64,000 nucleotides of DNA from Candidatus Latescibacterota bacterium (GTDB lineage Bacteria > Latescibacterota > UBA2968): contig OZ220741.1 in assembly GCA_965116885.1 (NCBI GenBank), forward strand, positions 3,904,001-3,968,000, written 5' to 3'. The notes beneath the pieces were generated by a model. The model worked only from the letters and a program-made list of their open reading frames with translations. It had not been told where the DNA came from and ran no database searches. Shown one piece after another: positions 56,499 through 64,000 of the stretch (its first letter is position 1; every line of letters begins with the position of its first letter). Made by a program: the position numbers and the translations under genes.

Positions 56499-57989
56499 AT
56501 GGTAGAGAAACCCAATGTAATCGTAATTTTTACAGATGATCAGGGATATGGCGACGCGAGTTGTCTGAATCCAGATGCGAAGTTTCAGACGCCAAATCTG
56601 GATCGGTTGGCAGCAGAAGGAATCGCTTTTACCAATGGGCATTGCTCAGATACGGTTTGCACGCCTTCGCGTTATGGATTGCTGACTGGACGCTATTCCT
56701 GGCGGACGTTGAAGAAACAGGGCGTTTTTCCAGCTGAGGTGCCGTGTCTGATTACAGACGAACGCATGACGCTGGCTTCAATGTTTCGGGCAAATGGATA
56801 TGATACGGCGATGGTAGGCAAGTGGCACCTGGGTATGAATTTCCCTGGCGAGGTGGGCAATCGCGATTGGCGTCAGCCTGTTACCGATATGCCGCTGGAT
56901 AAGGGATTTGATTATTTCTATGGCATACCCGCTTCGCTCAATTACGGAATTCTCGCCTGGTTTGAAGGGCGATATGCCCAAGTACCGCCGACAGTTTATA
57001 CGGCTAAGAAACCCAATAACCGGCATGTGGATTATCGCATCATGCCGCCGTATGAGAACACGCCAGAAGAAACGCTTGAAGCATTGGGCACAATGGGGAT
57101 GGAGGTTGCGCCTGATTTTATTGACAATGAGTGTTTGACGCGGTTTACCGATAAGGCGATTGCGTGGATGCAGGGCAAAGAAGCAAGTGCCAAAAGTGGT
57201 ACGCCGTTTTTTTTATACCTGCCATTTACATCACCGCACTATCCCGTATGCCCGCGTGAGGAATTCTGGAATCAGGGCGATTGCGGTGGCTATGGTGAGT
57301 TCGTGATTGAGACAGATCACCATGTAGGGCGCGTGCTGGATTATCTGGAACAGTCGGGGTTGGATGACAATACGATTGTTGTATATACCAGTGATAATGG
57401 CCCTGAGAATTCGTGGCGTGGGCGGATTGACGAATTTGGTCATCATAGCAATGGTATTTATCGCGGAGGTAAAAGGGATATTTATGAGGGTGGACATCGC
57501 GTGCCATTTTTTCTGCGTTGGCCCAAAGGCATTCAGAATCCCGGGCGCAAATGCGATGATCTGGTAGGCCTGGTCGATTTGATGGCGACTTTTGCTGAGG
57601 TTGTGGGGGCGGAGTTGCCTGCTGATGCGGGCGAAGATAGCCAGAGTTTTGCGAAGATACTCAGTGATCCTGACACACCCCTTGAACGATTGCCTTTGAT
57701 TAACCACGGTGCTGGGGGACGGTTTGCGATTACAGAAGGCACGTGGAAGCTGATTATGGCGCACAAGAATGAGCCGCTGGAGCTTTACGATCTCGCGAAT
57801 GATCCCGGTGAGACAAAAAACGCGATTGGCGATCACCCTGAGATGGTAGCAGACCTGACCGATAAAATTACAAGCATTGTGTGCAACGGGCGTACGACCC
57901 CTGGTGAGAATCAGGCGAATGATACCGATTACTGGGATGATTTGACGTGGATTTCATCTGAGGATTATCAGGAAAGGCAACTAAGATGA
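56499..57989 (+). CDS. Arylsulfatase
   Basis: TDDQGY, CTPSRYGLLTG, GKWHLG, SDNG. Confidence 0.92.
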   Translation: MVEKPNVIVIFTDDQGYGDASCLNPDAKFQTPNLDRLAAEGIAFTNGHCSDTVCTPSRYGLLTGRYSWRTLKKQGVFPAEVPCLITDERMTLASMFRANGYDTAMVGKWHLGMNFPGEVGNRDWRQPVTDMPLDKGFDYFYGIPASLNYGILAWFEGRYAQVPPTVYTAKKPNNRHVDYRIMPPYENTPEETLEALGTMGMEVAPDFIDNECLTRFTDKAIAWMQGKEASAKSGTPFFLYLPFTSPHYPVCPREEFWNQGDCGGYGEFVIETDHHVGRVLDYLEQSGLDDNTIVVYTSDNGPENSWRGRIDEFGHHSNGIYRGGKRDIYEGGHRVPFFLRWPKGIQNPGRKCDDLVGLVDLMATFAEVVGAELPADAGEDSQSFAKILSDPDTPLERLPLINHGAGGRFAITEGTWKLIMAHKNEPLELYDLANDPGETKNAIGDHPEMVADLTDKITSIVCNGRTTPGENQANDTDYWDDLTWISSEDYQERQLR

Positions 57990-59527
57990 GGAATTCTCAA
58001 CAAATACCGGATCAGCGTTCTAATATTCTGATTATATGCAGCGATCAGCATCATCCGGCAATGGTGGGGTATCGGCAGTACCCATTTGTCGAGACGCCCA
58101 ATCTGGATCGCCTGGGACGCGAAGGCACACACTTTACGAGAGCGTATGCCAATTGTGCGGTGTGCGGTCCCAGTCGCATGAGTTTTATGACGGGGAAGTA
58201 CGTTCACCAGATTGATAGCTGGTCGAATGGCGTGCCTTTGTCCGAGGAAGAAAAACAAAAAACCTGGGCAGCGCGGCTGGATCAGAATGGTATCGAATCG
58301 ACTTGTATAGGCAAAATCGACTCCGCTGGTACTGTTGACGATCACAATCCGGGATTTACGCATTTTGACGAACCCCTTCACCGAACGGCGTGGGACCCCT
58401 ATCCGAGAGAATTGCCTTTTGTCACGCGCCTTCCGGGATATACACGGCCAGCCAGTCGGCGATTTTTGCTCGAAGCGGGTGGGGGAGATGTCGCAAAGAT
58501 TGATGACCGGCAGGAGTTGGGATTCTATGGTCACGACCGCGAGGTGACGGATAAGACGCTGGCGTATTTGCGGGAAAAGGGGCAGGCTAAATCGGATTCG
58601 CCCTGGGTGCTTTATGTCGGCTATCTGTATCCCCATTGGCCGTATCGCGTACCTCAGAAATATTTCGATATGTACTATCCCGATCGCGTTTTGATGCCTC
58701 ACGATGCACAGTTCCCAAATCGCGATATTCACCCCGCGATGCAGGAGTGGCAAGCTTCCAATGTTTTTGGGGAAGTGACAGAGGATATGCTGCGCCGGAC
58801 GATTGCCGCTTATTACGGTATGATCACCTGTATGGATGATATGATCGGCGAGATTCTCGATGAGTTGCAGGACCAGGGGCTGTATGAAAATACATACATC
58901 ATCTATACATCAGATCATGGAGAATCCATGGGTGAACACGGGCTTTTTTTTAAGCATTGTTCTTATGAGGGGGCTATTGGGGTTCCCCTTGTGATTAAGG
59001 GGCCGGATATTCCTGAGGGAGAGGTCGATATCGACACGCCCGTTTCTCTAATTGATCTCTATCCCACCATTTTGGACATGGCGGGTGTGGATCCCGAACC
59101 CGGTCTGCCCGGCACAAGCTGGTTGCCACTTGTGAGGGGAGAACCACATAAACGGTCTGAGCGCGTTTTTGCAGAATGGCATGGTCCGCAACTTCGAGGC
59201 GCGTATTACATGATTGTGCGGGGCGATTACAAATACACCTGGTATGAATTTCATCCGCCCTCGTTATTCAATGTGAAGGAAGACCCAAAGGAAGAACGCG
59301 ATCTCGCATCGGATATTGAACAGGCTGACAGGCTCAGGGCATTCGAAGATGAGCTGCGTTCCATAGTCGATCCAAAGGCGACGGCTCTGCGTGCCAAGCG
59401 AGATTTGGGACTGATCGCGCCAGATGGCACGGATATGACTGATAGCCTGATACCCTGGGCGGGATTTGAAGACGGGACACTTGAGAAAATTCAGCGTGCC
59501 GACAGTGCGCGGCATAGGCGGTTATAA
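57986..59527 (+). CDS. Choline-sulfatase-like sulfatase
   Basis: SDQH, CGPSRMSFMTG, YPHWP, SDHGESMGEHG. Confidence 0.88.
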   Translation: MRNSQQIPDQRSNILIICSDQHHPAMVGYRQYPFVETPNLDRLGREGTHFTRAYANCAVCGPSRMSFMTGKYVHQIDSWSNGVPLSEEEKQKTWAARLDQNGIESTCIGKIDSAGTVDDHNPGFTHFDEPLHRTAWDPYPRELPFVTRLPGYTRPASRRFLLEAGGGDVAKIDDRQELGFYGHDREVTDKTLAYLREKGQAKSDSPWVLYVGYLYPHWPYRVPQKYFDMYYPDRVLMPHDAQFPNRDIHPAMQEWQASNVFGEVTEDMLRRTIAAYYGMITCMDDMIGEILDELQDQGLYENTYIIYTSDHGESMGEHGLFFKHCSYEGAIGVPLVIKGPDIPEGEVDIDTPVSLIDLYPTILDMAGVDPEPGLPGTSWLPLVRGEPHKRSERVFAEWHGPQLRGAYYMIVRGDYKYTWYEFHPPSLFNVKEDPKEERDLASDIEQADRLRAFEDELRSIVDPKATALRAKRDLGLIAPDGTDMTDSLIPWAGFEDGTLEKIQRADSARHRRL

Positions 59528-59539
59528 TGGAGAAAAGAT

Positions 59540-62500
59540 ATGACACCTGTAAATAATTCATTGCCCTTTAGATTGAGTGTGGGATCTGAATTAAAAGCTG
59601 CGACTTTGACTTATTCGCAGACTGTTCGCGATGAGCCGGGACTTTTGGCTTATTGGCGAGTGGGAGAGACTCAGGACGCGGATGCCGGTAGAGAGAGTTC
59701 GTATGTGGCTTTGGGAATTGTGCCACATTTGGATGAAGATCCACTGGGCGATGCATCTGTTGAATTCTTTTTTCAGGTTGTTTCCGATGAACAGTTGGAC
59801 TACGAACCCTGTCTTATTTCGCATCAGATATCCCACGGTGAACAGACGCGATTCGCGTTTCATGTGACGCGTGATTTGACGGCGCTCCGATTTCTCAACG
59901 GTACAACAAATACGCTGATTTTCCCGCCCGATGGGCCGATAAAAGTGGGGCAGTGGTATCATTTTTTGGCTACGAGCAAGCCTCGGCAGGAATTTCGCGC
60001 TTATATCGATGGCGTCGAATGCTTTTTGGATATGGGTTCTCTGGCGTTTGGCGTGCGGCAGCAAGCTCGTCCGATACAGATTGGTGCGTCCAGCGAAAGC
60101 GGTGAGGACAGGGCTGTAAATTGCGCGATAGATGAGGTGGCCATATACAATGTGGCTCTGACCCCATTGGATATCGCGCGACACGTTGATGCGGCTGGTC
60201 GAGAATCGCTCCGAAAGCGAGTGGTGCATGATCGGGAACAACGGGAGGACGAAGATAGCGAGGTGGCATCAGAGACGCTTAGAGCGCGTCTAAACGATTC
60301 CGCTTTGTTCGATCCCGGCGAGACAAAAGTCTATGAAGGGCAATATCTGGATGCGATTTCTGTGCCGGTGGGGGGTATTGGTGCGGGTTTGATTCAGGTG
60401 AATGGCAAGGCAGAGCGGTCGGTATGGCAAATATTTAACAATTTTGAGCATGTTGAAGTGCCCAATAGCTTTTTTGCCGTGTGGGCGAGGCCCCGGGGAA
60501 AAGAACCTGTGGTCAGGGCGTTGCAGACTTCGGATGTTGGGGGATTTCCCGCGATGGATCGTTTGAGATTCAGAGGGGAATACCCGTTTGGATGGTTTGA
60601 GTTCGCAGATGCCGATTTTCCCCTTCGGGTCGAAATGGAGGTTTTTAATCCGCTGATTCCCCTCGATGTGAAATGTTCGAGCATTCCGTGTGGGATTTTC
60701 AATCTGACGGCGAGCAATGAGGGCGATTCTCCTGTGGAAGTCAGCTTTCTGGCTACGCAACAAAACGCGATTGGCATCGCGGGAGATAGCCCTAATGGGG
60801 GTTATGGCGGCAATGTCAACCGGGTGATTCGAGAGGATGATGCGACTTTGATTCACATGACGCACCTGTCGTCACCGGATGAAGATATGGTGCTGTCGGC
60901 ACAGGTGGAAAATGCCTGTGCGACAGCTTCGTGGACCGGCTTGCGCGATTTGCATGAAGCGTTTTCGCGAGATGGTGAGCTGAAATATGTCGAATCAGCG
61001 GGTCCGTCCCCTACAGGCGAAACGGTCGATTGCGCGCTGGCTACGCCATTTGTGCTTCGACCAGGGGAAAAACGTACTATTACCTTTGTTCTTACCTGGT
61101 ATTTCCCCAACACCGACCATGGTACGCGTATATGGGTGAAACACGGCAATATGTATTCAAACTGGTGGACTGACGCGCTGGATGTTTATGCGGATCTCAA
61201 AGCCAATCTCGATGATTTGACACAACAGACGCGGTGCTTTCACGACACGCTCTATGCGTCTAATCTCCCACACTGGTTGCTCGACCGAATAAGTTCACAG
61301 GTTGCCGTGTTGAGAACCAGGACGTGTTTTTGGGCAAAAGATGGGTATTTTGGAGCCAATGAAGGTTGTGCACCAACTTCGGGCTGTTGCCTGGGGAATT
61401 GCAGCCATGTGTGGCACTATGCACAGGCGCATGCGCGTCTTTTTCCCGATATCGCGCGGAGAATGCGCGAGCAGACGTTTGCACTTCAGCAGGAAGATGG
61501 GGGATTGCCTTTTCGCCATAGTGATCGCCATTTTGAAACACAAGGTCCGGCAATTGATGGGATGCTCGGCGATATTTTGAGTACGTATCGCGAGTATCTG
61601 TGTAGCTCAGATCAACAGTGGTTGCACGCGCATTGGCCCAGCGCGCAAAAGGCGATGGATTTTGTGATTGCGCGGTGGGATTCAGATGAAGATGGCTTGC
61701 TATCGGGTTCGCAACACAATACGCTCGATGGTGAACTGTCGGGGTCAACATCGTGGATGGGGACGCTTTATCTGTCGGCTCTTGCGGCGTGTGAAAAGAT
61801 GGCGGTATTGGAAAATGATGCACAGTCCGCTGACCGATATCGCAGGTTGCGCGAAAAGGGAACGCGAAACCAGAATCAGACGCTCTGGAATGGCGAGTAT
61901 TACGTGCAGAGTCCCGACGAGGATGCCCATGAAGACTACGGAGATGGTTGCCATATCGATCAGGTGCTGGGTGAGTGGTGGGCACCGCTGGTGAATTTGC
62001 CGGGGCACTATCCCGAGGAAAATGTCCGTTCGGCACTGCGGTCTCTTTTGCAGTACAATTTCAAGCATCATTTTCGGACGACGACACAGAGGCCGAGAAA
62101 ATTTGTCGATAATGACGATGCAGCTATGAAGATGATTTCCTGGCCAAAAGGTCCTCAGCCATTCCGCAGTATGAAATACGGCGACGAGGCGATGACGGGT
62201 TTTGAATATGGCGCTGCTGCAACGATGGTTCAGTTTGGCATGCTCAGAGAGGGGTTGATGGTTGCTCGGGCTGTTTACGATCGCTACGATGGCAAGCTGC
62301 GCGATCAGTTGACGGAGATGAATACGGCGTCATGGGGGTATAGCGGAAATCCGTTTGGCGATGATGAGTGCGGCAAATTTTATGCACGGGCGATGAGTGT
62401 GTGGTCAGTGTTGCTCGCTTGCCAGGGTTTTGTCTATGAAGGTCCCAAAGCGCGAATTGGCTTTGCACCTGTTTGGAAACCCGATGATCACGTATCCTTT

Positions 62501-62779
62501 TTTACCGCAGCCGAAGGCTGGGGTCTGTTCAGGCAGAGACGCGATGTGGAAATACAGGTTATGGAATTAAGCGTTGAATGGGGGCGTCTGCCCATTCGGA
62601 TATTTGAATTTGAATTGCCCAAAGGTCGGCGTGTACAATCGGTTGTTGCTTCAGTCGGTGGGGAGGTGGTCAGTATGACTGCTTCATTTAGCGACGGTAA
62701 AGTGAGTCTGACTCTGGAAGAAGAAGTGGTCTTAGCTGCTGGAGATAAGATGGCCGTTGAGGTGTCGGTCAATTTGTAA
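59540..62779 (+). CDS. GH116 family glycoside hydrolase with N-terminal LamG-like domain
   Basis: WYH..IDG..IDEVAIYNVAL (LamG); VPVGGIGAG, EG...HVWHYAQA, QHNTLD, WNGEYY, ECGKFYARAMS. Confidence 0.85.
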   Translation: MTPVNNSLPFRLSVGSELKAATLTYSQTVRDEPGLLAYWRVGETQDADAGRESSYVALGIVPHLDEDPLGDASVEFFFQVVSDEQLDYEPCLISHQISHGEQTRFAFHVTRDLTALRFLNGTTNTLIFPPDGPIKVGQWYHFLATSKPRQEFRAYIDGVECFLDMGSLAFGVRQQARPIQIGASSESGEDRAVNCAIDEVAIYNVALTPLDIARHVDAAGRESLRKRVVHDREQREDEDSEVASETLRARLNDSALFDPGETKVYEGQYLDAISVPVGGIGAGLIQVNGKAERSVWQIFNNFEHVEVPNSFFAVWARPRGKEPVVRALQTSDVGGFPAMDRLRFRGEYPFGWFEFADADFPLRVEMEVFNPLIPLDVKCSSIPCGIFNLTASNEGDSPVEVSFLATQQNAIGIAGDSPNGGYGGNVNRVIREDDATLIHMTHLSSPDEDMVLSAQVENACATASWTGLRDLHEAFSRDGELKYVESAGPSPTGETVDCALATPFVLRPGEKRTITFVLTWYFPNTDHGTRIWVKHGNMYSNWWTDALDVYADLKANLDDLTQQTRCFHDTLYASNLPHWLLDRISSQVAVLRTRTCFWAKDGYFGANEGCAPTSGCCLGNCSHVWHYAQAHARLFPDIARRMREQTFALQQEDGGLPFRHSDRHFETQGPAIDGMLGDILSTYREYLCSSDQQWLHAHWPSAQKAMDFVIARWDSDEDGLLSGSQHNTLDGELSGSTSWMGTLYLSALAACEKMAVLENDAQSADRYRRLREKGTRNQNQTLWNGEYYVQSPDEDAHEDYGDGCHIDQVLGEWWAPLVNLPGHYPEENVRSALRSLLQYNFKHHFRTTTQRPRKFVDNDDAAMKMISWPKGPQPFRSMKYGDEAMTGFEYGAAATMVQFGMLREGLMVARAVYDRYDGKLRDQLTEMNTASWGYSGNPFGDDECGKFYARAMSVWSVLLACQGFVYEGPKARIGFAPVWKPDDHVSFFTAAEGWGLFRQRRDVEIQVMELSVEWGRLPIRIFEFELPKGRRVQSVVASVGGEVVSMTASFSDGKVSLTLEEEVVLAAGDKMAVEVSVNL

Positions 62780-62808
62780 ATCCCGACAAAAAAAGAAAGG
62801 ATTAAGGC

Positions 62809-63618
62809 ATGAATCAGCCCCTGCAGTTGAAGAGATATTTTTGGGACGCAGTTGTTGCAACCATGTTCTGCTCGTTGGTTACCACATCAGAAACAGATGC
62901 ACAACCCGATGGAAATGAATGGGTTGAACTTTACGAACCGCATGTTTTCAACGAGATGCCATATCGGCTGTTGGAGCCTATAGATTTTGATTCGGACAAG
63001 CGCTACCCCGTTATCGTTTCATTGCATGGCGGAGGTGGCCGGGGGACAGATAATCGAAAACAATTGCGTGGCTGGAATAGACTTCTTGCAGACGAGCAGA
63101 GGCGAACAGATTATCCCTCTTATGTACTCGCTCCTCAAGTCAGTCGTTTGTGGAATGCAGAAGACCTTCAAAAGGTCAAGGATCTCATTGCAACATTACC
63201 GTCCGTTGATATGGACAGAATATACATTCTGGGGCACTCCATGGGGGGCCATGGTACCCATGTATTTTTACAAATTGATCCCCATTATTTCGCAGCGGCA
63301 GGACCTTCAGCCGGAACGGGTTTGCCTCAGACAGAAGAATTTATCGATGCGTCAGTGATTAAAGATGTTCCGATATGGGCTTTCCACGGGGATCAGGATA
63401 AGGTCTGTCCATTCGACCGTGCTCAAAAACTTTTTGGAGAGATGAAGAAATTAGGTGGGAACATGAAGTTCACTACCTGGGCGGGTGATGGACATGGTGT
63501 TGCTATGAAAATGATTACCGGTGCCGACAATGGCAGCACTCAACTCAGCAGCGATCGCTGCGATCCCGAGCCGGTGTTTATGAAATGGCTTTTTGCACAG
63601 AAACGCACTGCCGATTGA
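62809..63618 (+). CDS. Secreted alpha/beta hydrolase (esterase or predicted peptidase)
   Basis: SLHGGGG, GHSMGG, FHGDQD, GH. Confidence 0.85.
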   Translation: MNQPLQLKRYFWDAVVATMFCSLVTTSETDAQPDGNEWVELYEPHVFNEMPYRLLEPIDFDSDKRYPVIVSLHGGGGRGTDNRKQLRGWNRLLADEQRRTDYPSYVLAPQVSRLWNAEDLQKVKDLIATLPSVDMDRIYILGHSMGGHGTHVFLQIDPHYFAAAGPSAGTGLPQTEEFIDASVIKDVPIWAFHGDQDKVCPFDRAQKLFGEMKKLGGNMKFTTWAGDGHGVAMKMITGADNGSTQLSSDRCDPEPVFMKWLFAQKRTAD

Positions 63619-63814
63619 GTAGATTTTTTCGCATTTGATGAAGAACAGAATGTTCATATCTCGGAATTTAAATTGAACATTCTGTAACAAATATCGTATT
63701 GGTTTTTCTGTCGTTCAATCAGTAAATATCTGTAAATAAAGTGTTTGTGAAATACCCTGATCAACGGCACCGATTTTGCCTGATGTTGTGGAAACAATAT
63801 CAGGGAGATAGTAT

Positions 63815-64000
63815 ATGAATGGCTTTGTAAAAAGTAGAGGTGGTATCGCGGGTGTGGCGGATGTGGATATGCCGCGGGAAAAACTCGAGCGTTTGGGACC
63901 GGAGGCTTTGCGCGATGAGGAATTGCTGGCAATTTTGCTGCGGACGGGCTACGAAGGCCGAAATGTGCTGGAAATTTCGCGCGGGATAATCAAGAAGTAT
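63815..64000 (+). CDS. radC: RadC family protein (3'-partial)
   Basis: [34 protein letters not shown]; runs off the window. Confidence 0.88.
   Translation, partial: MNGFVKSRGGIAGVADVDMPREKLERLGPEALRDEELLAILLRTGYEGRNVLEISRGIIKKY

Noticed and set aside
1..64000. CRISPR array, integron attC sites, tRNA or rRNA genes
   Set aside because: No regularly spaced repeats, recurring intergenic attC-like inverted repeats or structural RNA signatures were seen by eye; a covariance-model scan was not possible.

Overview
Bacterial window dominated by catabolic genes: 11 intact Cys-type sulfatases, 4 PhyH-like dioxygenases, 3 enolase-superfamily enzymes, GH2, GH3, GH51 and GH116 hydrolases, and several oxidoreductases. 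Gene content and dockerin-like DxxxxGxVDFxDF tags suggest a Latescibacterota/Poribacteria-like heterotroph (inference only). Highlights: (1) two ORFs split by the ORF caller (3486-3692 and 3738-4766) are one in-frame gene with a UGA at the thioredoxin active-site position, followed by a SECIS-like hairpin, giving a probable 426-aa selenoprotein resembling SELENON/SelN. (2) A ~10 kb island (6.1-16.3 kb) encodes five secreted proteins with the same dockerin-like Ca-binding tag around an ECF sigma/anti-sigma/Spy-like trio. It has two repeated ECF-type promoter motifs, one shared with a distant multicopper oxidase-thioredoxin fusion. (3) A tnpB-only IS200/IS605 element with an inferable TTAT target motif joins a truncated DUF488 gene to a truncated recQ. 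(4) Two toxin-antitoxin-like relics retain only the antitoxin. No rRNA, tRNA or CRISPR array was seen. All family calls come from motif recognition by eye, not database searches.
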